In this document: positions 27,431 through 36,902 of the stretch, piece after piece | How positions within the stretch are numbered: position 1 is the stretch's first letter | How the letters are laid out: the number at the start of each line of letters is the position of its first letter | Source of the DNA: Chloroflexota bacterium | GTDB taxonomy: Bacteria; Chloroflexota; Anaerolineae; UBA2200 | Length of the DNA stretch: 64,000 nucleotides | Assembly (NCBI GenBank): GCA_014360755.1 | Contig: JACIWX010000002.1 | Location: 269,988-333,987 of the forward strand | Direction: 5' to 3' | Position numbers and translations under genes: made by a program | The notes under the pieces: model-generated | What the model saw: only the letters and a program-made list of their open reading frames with translations | The model's database searches: none | Told to the model about the DNA's origin: nothing

Positions 27431-29917
27431 ATGATGATGTCTTTTGAGCGATTTACAGAAAAAGCGCAGGATGCTGCAGCCCGCGCTTATGAGATTATGC
27501 AACGCTACCGGCATGGCCAGTTGGATACAGAGCACATCCTGCTGGCACTGCTGGAGCAACCCGATGGGGTGATTCCCGAGATTCTGGAGCGACTGCACGT
27601 GAATGTCGAAGCGGTGAAGAGCCGTTTGGATGACGTGCTCCGCGCTAGCCCTAGGCTGCAGACCTTTGGCAGCACAGCCAGACCGATGCAAGTGTACATT
27701 ACCCCACGCGTCAAACGCGTTTTGGATTTGGCAAACGAAGAAGCCCATAGGATGAAGGATGAATACGTTTCGACGGAGCACATTTTCTTGGCTATTGTCA
27801 ATGAACGCGATGGTCCCGCAGCGCGGATACTCAACGATTATGGCGTAACCAGAAACAAGGTGCTGAATGTCCTCCCAGATGTCCGTGGCGGGCAACGGGT
27901 AACCAGCCCAGAAGCTGAGAGCCGCTATCGCACGCTGGAAAAGTACAGTCGTGATCTGACTGCCCTGGCTAGAGAAGGAAAATTAGACCCAGTCATCGGA
28001 CGCGACCGTGAGATTATGCGCGTTATCCAGGTGTTGTGCCGGCGCACCAAAAACAACCCAGTGCTGATTGGGGAAGCCGGTGTGGGCAAGACAGCAATCG
28101 TCGAAGGATTGGCACAAAAAATTGTCAACGGTGACGTGCCCGAATTACTGATGAACAAACGGCTGATCGCACTGGACCTGGGCGCTATGGTGGCTGGAAC
28201 ACGCTTCCGGGGCGAGTTCGAGGAGCGGATCAAAGCCGCATTGGACGAAATCAAGCGTGCTGAGGGCGAGATCATCCTGTTCATTGATGAATTGCACAAC
28301 GTGGTCGGTGCTGGCGCTGCCCAGGGAGCCATTGATGCTTCTAGCATGCTCAAACCAGCCTTGGCACGTGGTGAACTACGCTGTATCGGCGCCACCACCC
28401 TTGACGACTATCACCAACATATCGAGAAGGATTCCGCGCTGGAGCGGCGTTTTGCTCCTATCTTTGTCGAAGAGCCCACCGTAGAGGAAACCATCGAGAT
28501 GCTCAAAGGCTTGCGGCCACGCTATGAGGAGCACCACCAGGTCGCCATCAGCGATGAAGCGATTGAAGCGGCCGCCCGCTTATCCGACCGCTACGTCAAA
28601 GACCGCTTCCTGCCTGATAAGGCGATTGACCTCATTGACGAAGCCGCATCCAAGTTGCGCATTGCCATTTTCAGCCTGCCCGAAGATTTGAAGCAGATGA
28701 AATTGGAGATTGGCCAGTTGATGGCTGAGGAAGAAACAGCGTGGCAAAACCGCAACTACGAGCAGGCTGCCATTGTCAAGAGCAAGCGCCTGAAACTGGA
28801 AGAAGAATTCAAGACAAAAAAGGAAACATGGAAAGCGGAGCGAGGTCTGGACGAGGTCGTACGTGAGGCGGATATTGCCGCCATCATCTCTGACTGGACC
28901 GGCATTCCCGTAAGCCGTATGTTGGAGACCGAAGCCGAGAAATTGCTGCACATGGAAGAGCGCCTGCATGAGCGCATTGTCAGCCAAGATGAAGCCGTAT
29001 CCGCCATATCGGATGCGATCCGCCGCGCACGCTCTGGGTTGAAGGACCCGCGGCGCCCTATCGGGAGCTTTATCTTCCTTGGTCCAACTGGCGTTGGCAA
29101 GACCGAACTGGCAAAGGCTCTCGCCGAGTTCCTCTTTGACGACGAAGATGCCCTGTTGCGCGTGGATATGAGCGAATACCAGGAGCGGCACACCGTCTCC
29201 CGCCTGATTGGTGCACCCCCAGGATACGTGGGGTATGAAGAAGGCGGGCAGTTGACCGAGGCAGTACGGCGGCGCCCCTATCAGGTGATCCTTTTCGATG
29301 AGATCGAGAAGGCACATCCCGATGTATGGAATGCCCTGCTCCAGATTCTGGAGGATGGCAGGCTGACCGATGGGCAAGGCAATGTGGTAGACTTTCGCAA
29401 CACGGTCATCATCATGACCTCCAACATCGGCACGCAGTACATGCCCAAAGGCGGTGGCACTTTAGGCTTCCGCACACCCAGCGAGCCCGCTGAAACGGAA
29501 AAGATGCGCTCCAACATCGAAGAGGCGCTGAAAAAGACCTTCCGTCCAGAATTCCTGAACCGTATTGACGAAGTGATCATCTTCCAGCGCCTGAGCAAGG
29601 AAGACATGAAGCGCATCGTGGACTTACAGATGAAGGATATCCGCCAGCGTCTGCGCGAGCAGGGACTGGACATCCAACTCACAGAAGCGGCGCGGGATTG
29701 GTTAGCCGAAAAGGGCTACGACCCTGCCTTTGGCGCCCGTCCACTGCGCCGTACGCTGCAGCGTCTGGTGGAGAGCCCGCTTTCGAAGAAGCTCATCCGC
29801 GGCGAACTGAAACCCGGCGACGAACTACAAATTGACATCGAACACGACGAGGTGGTCTTCCGCAAAGTGAAGGAGAGGGAACCAGCAGAGGCTCCCGCAT
29901 CCTATATCACCAGTTGA
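27431..29917 (+). CDS. Clp/Hsp100 ATPase, ClpC-like (short middle domain).
   Basis: Two AAA modules. Clp N-domain. Short M-domain. 828 aa. Confidence 0.8.
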   Translation: MMMSFERFTEKAQDAAARAYEIMQRYRHGQLDTEHILLALLEQPDGVIPEILERLHVNVEAVKSRLDDVLRASPRLQTFGSTARPMQVYITPRVKRVLDLANEEAHRMKDEYVSTEHIFLAIVNERDGPAARILNDYGVTRNKVLNVLPDVRGGQRVTSPEAESRYRTLEKYSRDLTALAREGKLDPVIGRDREIMRVIQVLCRRTKNNPVLIGEAGVGKTAIVEGLAQKIVNGDVPELLMNKRLIALDLGAMVAGTRFRGEFEERIKAALDEIKRAEGEIILFIDELHNVVGAGAAQGAIDASSMLKPALARGELRCIGATTLDDYHQHIEKDSALERRFAPIFVEEPTVEETIEMLKGLRPRYEEHHQVAISDEAIEAAARLSDRYVKDRFLPDKAIDLIDEAASKLRIAIFSLPEDLKQMKLEIGQLMAEEETAWQNRNYEQAAIVKSKRLKLEEEFKTKKETWKAERGLDEVVREADIAAIISDWTGIPVSRMLETEAEKLLHMEERLHERIVSQDEAVSAISDAIRRARSGLKDPRRPIGSFIFLGPTGVGKTELAKALAEFLFDDEDALLRVDMSEYQERHTVSRLIGAPPGYVGYEEGGQLTEAVRRRPYQVILFDEIEKAHPDVWNALLQILEDGRLTDGQGNVVDFRNTVIIMTSNIGTQYMPKGGGTLGFRTPSEPAETEKMRSNIEEALKKTFRPEFLNRIDEVIIFQRLSKEDMKRIVDLQMKDIRQRLREQGLDIQLTEAARDWLAEKGYDPAFGARPLRRTLQRLVESPLSKKLIRGELKPGDELQIDIEHDEVVFRKVKEREPAEAPASYITS

Positions 29918-30834
29918 TCGTACAACCGTTCCAAACTGAGGTCCGGACAAACCGTATCGGGGCATTTGAGGGTGAGCGTAGCAGCAGAGACGCCCAGGCG
30001 CATCGCCTCATCGAGCGGGAATCCGTTGACCAAGCCGTAGACAATGGCAGCGGTCAGGGCATCGCCAGCGCCCGTGTAATCCACTACTTCACAGCGGATA
30101 GCAGGGATGTAACCGCTTTCACGGGCGCTGGCATAGCACAGCCCTTCCTCACCAAGAGTAATCACAGTAATCCCCACACCCTTTGCCACCAGCTCTTGGA
30201 CCGCTGCCATTGCTTCTTCGCGCCCATGGATAGGATGCCCACACAATAGCTCTGCTTCCGCCAAATTAGGCGTAATCATCGCTAGATCGGACAGATGTTT
30301 CCTCAAGCGCGGAGCCAGGGTAGTAGAGGTAGGGTCCACCGTGACGGGCACCCCATAGTGCTTGGCGGTGCGGATGGCTGAGGCAAGCGTTGGGGGCGAT
30401 AGGTTGGAGTCCAGCACCAGCATCGCGGCACCCTTGAAAAGGCCTCGTTGCGCGTAGATGTAGGCGGGTGTGATTAAGCGCATCGTCTCCATTTCATCCA
30501 CGGCAAAGGTCTTGCTGCCGGCTTCATCCAGGATGGCTAGGTACGCTGCAGAGTGACACTGGTCTGTGATGATCACTTTGCTGACGTCCACGCCGGCGCT
30601 AGCCGTGCGCTCCAGAATCTGCGCTCCAAAGGGGTCGTTGCCCACCACCGAAAGCAGGATTGTAGGCTGGCCCAGGCGCGCCAAATTCTCCGCCACATTG
30701 CGCCCCACGCCACCAAAACTGAGCGTGATATCGCCGGGCACCGACGTACCCAATTGCAGTGGCTTGTGTGCGCGGCCCTTGACATCCACACTTGCCGCGC
30801 CGATGACGAGGATGTGAGAAGAAGAAACGTTCAT
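29902..30834 (-). CDS. PfkB/ribokinase-family carbohydrate kinase.
   Basis: N-terminal [11 protein letters not shown]...FGGVGRNVA and C-terminal [17 protein letters not shown] anion-hole motif. Confidence 0.8.
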   Translation of the reverse strand: MNVSSSHILVIGAASVDVKGRAHKPLQLGTSVPGDITLSFGGVGRNVAENLARLGQPTILLSVVGNDPFGAQILERTASAGVDVSKVIITDQCHSAAYLAILDEAGSKTFAVDEMETMRLITPAYIYAQRGLFKGAAMLVLDSNLSPPTLASAIRTAKHYGVPVTVDPTSTTLAPRLRKHLSDLAMITPNLAEAELLCGHPIHGREEAMAAVQELVAKGVGITVITLGEEGLCYASARESGYIPAIRCEVVDYTGAGDALTAAIVYGLVNGFPLDEAMRLGVSAATLTLKCPDTVCPDLSLERLYDQLVI

Positions 30835-31381
30835 TGCATACTCGCTTTCGTGTTCTTTGCAGATGGGGAAACCACTCGCACTTTTGCTCCACCTTGTGTC
30901 AAAACTTTAGCAGATTATAACATGCATGGTGAAAAAGCTGTACTCCATGGGCAGCAAATCATAATTGACCGCTACATAATTCGATTTATAATATATTTTG
31001 AATCAACAGAACTACCTTTGCATTCTTAGGATCCTTATATGTTGGGTTATTAAGAGACCTTATATCACAATATCTGGGTGAGAAAGTACTCCAACTTGAG
31101 CGTAACAGTAAAACTGCAAAGATAGCAAATAGAATACTGCCTATTGAAAGTTGTCGCCATCATTTTTGTTGTAGTGCGCTGAATGGAATCAGCTCAGAGT
31201 AGGGAGAGCTTTATATAAACATTATACCTGTCAGTAGCTAGAAATAGAACAAGATCGGTTTGCAGATCCCAGCGTTCGTCAGCCTCGCTCTCGAGAAAGA
31301 GAGCCTTAGTCAAAACGCGTTAGAAGCTTAATGAAAATAAGATAGCGAAACAAAGAACTGCAAATTATTACTGCCTAGCAG

Positions 31382-32608
31382 ATGGAGGAAATGATGAGCA
31401 ACATTTTGATAATAGCTGCCATAACTGCTTTAATGTTTGTCGTAGGTATCCTCCTAGGGATTTTTTTTGGATACCCGTTCTTGGGGGCAATAACGGGCCT
31501 ACTAGCAGGCTTATCATTAAGTGCTTATTGGATAACGAGACGCCGCCGCTGGCTTGCTACTATAATTCTGCTCACGCTATTTGCACTAGCCTATGTCACA
31601 GGTGGTTGGTTGGGAACTATGTACGCTGCTGCAGTTAGTGGGCTTACGCTTTTCACTTCTGCTGCAATCCTGCGCGAATTCTATGGAGGCAATGAATTCG
31701 AAGCCTTTTTTCATCATCTACGCCTTCTGGTAGGTTTCATTCGGGGAATTCAGGTAATAGCGGATGGATCAATTGTTGCGCCTAGCGCCTCTCGATCAGA
31801 GCTAGGTCCATTCCTTATAGTCGTGGGTCCTGAGAATGCCATAATTATGCAACGTGGTCCGCAGCAAACGCGTATCTCAGGACCCGCAGTATTCACAAGC
31901 GCGCCGTTCGAATACGTGAAACGGGTATATGATTTACGTCCCCGGCAAAAAACTTTTACCTTTCAAGATGTCTTGACAAGCGATCTAATGGCCACAACAG
32001 TGACGGTTTCTGTTACTTATGGCATCAAGATACCTCCACGGATTAGACACGGTCAGGCATCATGGACAGATGCAGAGACACGTGTAATTGAGCGGATAGA
32101 TTCCTGGATGACAGACTGGGAGACACGCACAGCAGAAACGATCGAAGGGAGTGTAAGGCAAGCTGTAGGAAGGCTGGACCTGGCAACATTGCTGACACCT
32201 GGATACTTTGCTGATCTGGCTAGACAGATCCAAATCTTGGCAATTCGTACCCTGCGTCCTTGGGGTGTGAACATCCACCAAGTAATCGTTAGCAGCGTAC
32301 AGCCCGCGAATGGGGTCAAGACAGCTACAACGAATCGTTGGATCGCCAGTGCTGAGCTACAAACGACCATTACTATTGAACGCGCAAGGGCTTTAGCCTG
32401 GAAGGAGGCATTGTTGCTTCTGGCGGACGGCTATGCAATAGCCAAACAAAAGGGAATGTCAGAAGAGTCCATTCATAGGGAAGTGTTGCGTCGTACACTT
32501 GAGCAAATTGCGAAAGACCCTGCTACAAAGATAATCTTCACCCCCGAACTAAATAGCGCGCTTGCTGGACTATTTCGTTCCATAGGATTAATTTCAGACG
32601 CAAGCTAA
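31382..32608 (+). CDS. Membrane protein with an SPFH (band-7/flotillin-like) domain. First gene of the low-GC island.
   Basis: Three to four N-terminal TM helices, then an SPFH-like core (IVVGPENAIIMQRGPQ...FTFQDVLTSDLMATTVTVSVTYGI). AT-rich codon usage. Confidence 0.55.
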   Translation: MEEMMSNILIIAAITALMFVVGILLGIFFGYPFLGAITGLLAGLSLSAYWITRRRRWLATIILLTLFALAYVTGGWLGTMYAAAVSGLTLFTSAAILREFYGGNEFEAFFHHLRLLVGFIRGIQVIADGSIVAPSASRSELGPFLIVVGPENAIIMQRGPQQTRISGPAVFTSAPFEYVKRVYDLRPRQKTFTFQDVLTSDLMATTVTVSVTYGIKIPPRIRHGQASWTDAETRVIERIDSWMTDWETRTAETIEGSVRQAVGRLDLATLLTPGYFADLARQIQILAIRTLRPWGVNIHQVIVSSVQPANGVKTATTNRWIASAELQTTITIERARALAWKEALLLLADGYAIAKQKGMSEESIHREVLRRTLEQIAKDPATKIIFTPELNSALAGLFRSIGLISDAS

Positions 32609-32650
32609 GGGAAAGATATGGGGTTCGAATGATGCTATTTGCGCTAAAGA

Positions 32651-32896
32651 TTAACGCGTTGTCTCAATATCTATTGCATGTGATTCCAAAGCAGATTGGG
32701 CCGGCTGCGAATCCAAGACAACACCAAATGCTGTGGCCACGGCTTGCATGGCAGCACTAAAACCCGCTCGATATATGGCCACTTGTGTAATTGGTAAGTT
32801 TATCGCCAAAGAAGCGTTCGCTTTGTCAATGGCTTGAAGAATCTGCTGAATATCTTGTTTCAAGAATACTTCTGACTGAATTCGAAATAGGCTCAT
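32651..32896 (-). CDS. Small hypothetical protein (81 aa), divergent from the 33179 operon.
   Basis: ORF only. No motif. Confidence 0.3.
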   Translation of the reverse strand: MSLFRIQSEVFLKQDIQQILQAIDKANASLAINLPITQVAIYRAGFSAAMQAVATAFGVVLDSQPAQSALESHAIDIETTR

Positions 32897-33029
32897 GCTT
32901 ATTCACCTTTTGCAGAACTCATTTTGATGAGGAGTAATCTCCCTGTCCGTTAAGATATTGGAACATTTGTTCTAATACTAGCACAGAATTTGCTTAATGT
33001 CAAATGTGCTATCCATTGTATCCCAGTTT

Positions 33030-33062
33030 TTGACAGTTTTTCAGTTTTGTATAAACTATATA
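33030..33062 (+). promoter_or_regulatory. Sigma-70-like promoter (TTGACA ... TATAAA) ahead of the island operon.
   Basis: Read directly from the sequence. Confidence 0.35.
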
Positions 33063-33178
33063 TCGTTACTGAAGGAGAGTACAATACCTTGAGTAGCGGG
33101 CCTTGAAGGATTGAAACTCGTTCGCGGGATCGGTCTCTTGTTATCAAGATTATTTGCTAGTCTGTTATAGGCCGAAAT

Positions 33179-33568
33179 ATGGGCGGAATTTACGAAATCT
33201 TTCGTGAGGCATTGCCTGAAATCATTGCTGGGCTAGTCGTTGCAGCTATCCTTGCCCTTGTTGGTGTGGCGGTGCGTAAGCGTGCTAATAAGGTTGCCTC
33301 ATCCCATCAAAATGTACCCCCTTCTAGTCCACTCCCCTGTACAAAGCCCCAATCGAAGAAGAAAGAGAACGCAGAGTTGCTTGACCTAAAGCACCGTCGG
33401 CTGCATGAGCTCCAAAAGAAAAAAGCCCTTATGGGCATCAATACTCCACCCGAAGTGATGATCGAGATTGAGGAACTGGAGAAAGACATCCACGAGCTTG
33501 AAAGGATAGACCGCAATGGTTATGGGCGAAACGGGGAGCGAAGCACAAGAGCTCAAGGAGCTCATTGA
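33179..33568 (+). CDS. Small membrane-anchored protein carrying a copy of the shared ~50-aa helical module.
   Basis: N-terminal TM helix. C-terminal ELLDLKHRRLHELQKKKALMGINTPPEVMIEIEELEKDIHELE is homologous to the N-termini of the next two proteins. Overlaps the next gene by ~50 nt in another frame. Confidence 0.45.
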   Translation: MGGIYEIFREALPEIIAGLVVAAILALVGVAVRKRANKVASSHQNVPPSSPLPCTKPQSKKKENAELLDLKHRRLHELQKKKALMGINTPPEVMIEIEELEKDIHELERIDRNGYGRNGERSTRAQGAH

Positions 33569-35063
33569 GGCCTATCGCCGGCGGCTTCACAAGCTGCGTG
33601 TGCGTGTGGCTCTGATGGGCATAGATGCGCGGCCCGAGGATTTGATTGAGATCGAGGACATTGAAAAAAAACTCGCCGAGCTAGAAGAACAACTGAACCA
33701 TTTCGCAGCCATTCCGGTAGCGGGATGGAAAGTACCGGCAAAGGAGTTAGAGGGTCTCAGATACAAGCTAGACCGGCGCATTGGGGTCCTGGAGGCTTCC
33801 CTTCAGTATCTTACTGTTAGTTTACGCTTCTCGCCACGAGGAAAAGATAAGTATGAGGTCCTCTTGCAATCGGAAGTGGGCGATGTGGCCGATGAATTTG
33901 TCTTGCCCTTTACGGCTGATGAGGTTTTTCGTTTCAAATCCGAGGTGGAGAGGGCTATCCTGGCTCGTGGTAGCGGTTTCCGAGGGCAACTGCCTTCGGC
34001 TATGGAACGCCTCAAGGAGTTCGGCCTCAAGTTGTATAAAGGACTCCCCGAAGCTGTACGAGAGCGTTATCAGGCAGCTCGGGATAAGGCCGTTGCCGAG
34101 GGATATACTGGTGTGCGCTTGCGTTTGAATTTGACTGACTCACGTCTGGCAGCTGTCCCATGGGAGTTCCTATACGACCTCAAACGAGGAGAATTCCTCG
34201 GTCTCTCCGGGCAGACCCTTCTAGTGCGCTATGCCGAACTTCCTTACCCTCCTACACTGGGCCTTCACCCTCCTTTGAAGGTTCTGGTAGTAGCTCCTAA
34301 CCCAAGGGATTTGCCCCCTTTAGATGCGGAACAGGAGCACCAACGTGTTGAAGGGGCCTTGAAGGACCTGGAGGAAGCCGGACTGATTACTATCTATTGG
34401 TTAGGCTTGCCAAAACGACCTATCTCGCTGCAGACCCTGCATGATGCTTTATTCGCCTTTCGACCCCACCTGCTTCACTTTATTGGCCACGGCACGTTCG
34501 ATGAACAGCGCGGTGAGGGGGCTCTCTTTTTCGAGGACGAGAAGACTTTGCGAAAGGAACCGGTGAGCAGTTGGCGACTGGCCCAGTTGGCCACCAGTTC
34601 TGAGAGTTTGCGCCTGGTCTTTTTGAACGCTTGCAAAGGAGCCAAGACCTCGGAGGTTGAGAAACTGAGTAGCTTGGCTGCATCTTTGGCGCAGAAAGGC
34701 ATCCCGGCGGTTATTGGGATGCAGTTTACGGTCACTGACGAGGCAGCCATCGAGTTCTCCAGCAAATTCTACCAGCGGCTGGCCGAGGGGGCACCAGTCG
34801 ATGCCGCTGTGCAGGAGGGGCGTATCCATCTAGGAGTGGTGAGGGACAATCCTATGGAGTGGGCGGTACCGGTGCTTTACCTTCTGCCTAGCGACGGGAA
34901 ACTTTTTCAGATCTCAATGCTAGGAAAGGACAATGATGACAAAGAGCGTCTAGCCCGATTAATGATGGACATTGCAAGGGCTGCATGCGGCGCGGGCGTT
35001 CAGCTAGATTCTATGTTTTTTACAAAAATTATAGAGATTTTAGGCAGATGTCCTGAAAAATAA
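33516..35063 (+). CDS. CHAT-domain (caspase-like) protease with the N-terminal shared helical module.
   Basis: N-terminal ELKELIEAYRRRLHKLRVRVALMGIDARPEDLIEIEDIEKKLAELE. C-terminal caspase-like His/Cys dyad LLHFIGHGTF and LVFLNACKGA. CHAT-like block KVLVVAPNP. Confidence 0.7.
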   Translation: MVMGETGSEAQELKELIEAYRRRLHKLRVRVALMGIDARPEDLIEIEDIEKKLAELEEQLNHFAAIPVAGWKVPAKELEGLRYKLDRRIGVLEASLQYLTVSLRFSPRGKDKYEVLLQSEVGDVADEFVLPFTADEVFRFKSEVERAILARGSGFRGQLPSAMERLKEFGLKLYKGLPEAVRERYQAARDKAVAEGYTGVRLRLNLTDSRLAAVPWEFLYDLKRGEFLGLSGQTLLVRYAELPYPPTLGLHPPLKVLVVAPNPRDLPPLDAEQEHQRVEGALKDLEEAGLITIYWLGLPKRPISLQTLHDALFAFRPHLLHFIGHGTFDEQRGEGALFFEDEKTLRKEPVSSWRLAQLATSSESLRLVFLNACKGAKTSEVEKLSSLAASLAQKGIPAVIGMQFTVTDEAAIEFSSKFYQRLAEGAPVDAAVQEGRIHLGVVRDNPMEWAVPVLYLLPSDGKLFQISMLGKDNDDKERLARLMMDIARAACGAGVQLDSMFFTKIIEILGRCPEK

Positions 35064-35219
35064 CCCGTGTGCAACAGTGTACAGGTACTAGATCTAAATC
35101 TCATATTATACAAGGACTAAGGGCACATCAACTATAGAAGATAAAACCTCCTAACTGGACTCCTATAATTATCCTAACTTTTGCTCTTTGACCCTTGTCA
35201 AGGAAAGAGAGGACTGTAT

Positions 35220-36902
35220 ATGAGCGCAAATCAAAAGCCAGGGGAAGCAGAGCTAAAGAATTTGCAAGAGCTCATCGAAGCCCATAGGAAACGGCTACAC
35301 AAACTTCGTGTGCGCGTAGCTTTGCAAGGCATAGATGCCAAGCCTGAGGACTTAATTGAGGTCGAAAATATAGAGCGCCAACTCTCCGAGCTTGAGCGGA
35401 AAAAACAGATCCTCTATGAAACGATAAGCGGCCTGAGTAAAGATGAAATAAGCAAGGATACCACCGAGATAAAAGATTCATTAGCCACCCTTGAAGGGAA
35501 AATAGAGAACCTTGACAAGAGAACCTCCGAGCGAGGGGTGGGTTTCACCAATAGGCAATATGAATTGGATCAAATTCTTAGTCCTTTCAGCAAGCCGTTT
35601 ATTATCATTGATGCTCCCGCCAGCTATGGGAAGACCTACTTGCTTAGAGCTGTGGAGCGCAAGCTGCAGTCTGAGAGAAGAGAAGTGTGGATTTGCCGTT
35701 CAGTTGATTGCTATAGGTTTAACGATAAAACAGGGATTATGACGGAAATCACTGGCAGTACTGTGAATGACGTGAACAATCTCCTCCCATTGGTTGATAG
35801 GGCTATGGAAACTGCCAGGGCCAATGGCTTAATGTTACTCTTTGATTCCATTGAGCATCTTGACGATAAAGTTTCTCACTGGCTGAAGAAAAACCTAATA
35901 CCAGCGCTAAATAATTCCTCATCAAACAGGGGTCGCAAGTTTAGAGCTCTCTTCGCTGGCCGGTACGTTGGAACCTGGGAAGATGGTTTAGGTTTACCTC
36001 ATCTCACCTTAAGCCTCACACCCTTTAGCAAAAAGGTTGTACAAGCATTTGTTCAGGAAGTAGGAAAGCAATTACATTTTCACTGGTCTGATAGAGATCT
36101 CGACGTCTTTGTTGAAGAACTGCTTGATATAACGGGTGGGTATCCCAAGGCCATTGTGGACATAGTGGAACATCTGGGGGATGAGCAAAAATTCGACATG
36201 ATCCTAGATAGAGAGAGCCCTGACTACTATTTCCAGCTCAGTAGGAAGAAAGATTTCTATAACAGATTTGTCCGCGGAGAGATCCCAAAGATCCTACAGG
36301 AGGTCGATCTCGCCCTGCAAAGGGCATTTGAGGTCGTCAGCGTGTTCCGTGCTTTCAACGCGGATACTCTGAACGCTCTTATTATGAAAAGGCACATACG
36401 GGAGTGGAGCAATGGCTGGGAGCTCTTTGAGGCTATGCAAAAAAACCGCTTGATAGAGGAAAAAGCAAGGCATCCTCTTGCCTGCGACAAAATCCTCCAG
36501 CGTGTTCTGGCAGCCAAAATGAGATTTGAGGATCCTTCTCGCTATGAGGGGCTTCAGCATTTCGCTGTCGCCCTATACGATCGCTGGATTCAGGGATTGA
36601 AGTACCCAGACGGTGAGTTGCCCAATCCACCTACCGGGTCTGATCAAATAACTTTTATAATAGAAGCACTCTACCACTATCTTCATACAACTCAGGACGA
36701 AAGAGATATTTTGGGAAAGCTGGACAGTTACCTCAACTGGCTAAGATCCCCTTTTGACCCCCGTAGCGCGGCGCGAGCCTTGAAACGAGGCGTCGAGGAG
36801 GACGAACAGCTGCCGGGGATGCTTAAAAGAGCTATTGGAGATAACGGGTATGACAACTTTCTCAAACATATAGATCGCTTCGGGGAGGAGGGAAAGCGAT
36901 GA
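35220..36902 (+). CDS. STAND-type P-loop NTPase with the N-terminal shared helical module.
   Basis: N-terminal ELKNLQELIEAHRKRLHKLRVRVALQGIDAKPEDLIEVENIERQLSELE. Walker A DAPASYGKTYLL. Walker B LMLLFDS. GYPKAIV (GxP) motif. Confidence 0.65.
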   Translation: MSANQKPGEAELKNLQELIEAHRKRLHKLRVRVALQGIDAKPEDLIEVENIERQLSELERKKQILYETISGLSKDEISKDTTEIKDSLATLEGKIENLDKRTSERGVGFTNRQYELDQILSPFSKPFIIIDAPASYGKTYLLRAVERKLQSERREVWICRSVDCYRFNDKTGIMTEITGSTVNDVNNLLPLVDRAMETARANGLMLLFDSIEHLDDKVSHWLKKNLIPALNNSSSNRGRKFRALFAGRYVGTWEDGLGLPHLTLSLTPFSKKVVQAFVQEVGKQLHFHWSDRDLDVFVEELLDITGGYPKAIVDIVEHLGDEQKFDMILDRESPDYYFQLSRKKDFYNRFVRGEIPKILQEVDLALQRAFEVVSVFRAFNADTLNALIMKRHIREWSNGWELFEAMQKNRLIEEKARHPLACDKILQRVLAAKMRFEDPSRYEGLQHFAVALYDRWIQGLKYPDGELPNPPTGSDQITFIIEALYHYLHTTQDERDILGKLDSYLNWLRSPFDPRSAARALKRGVEEDEQLPGMLKRAIGDNGYDNFLKHIDRFGEEGKR

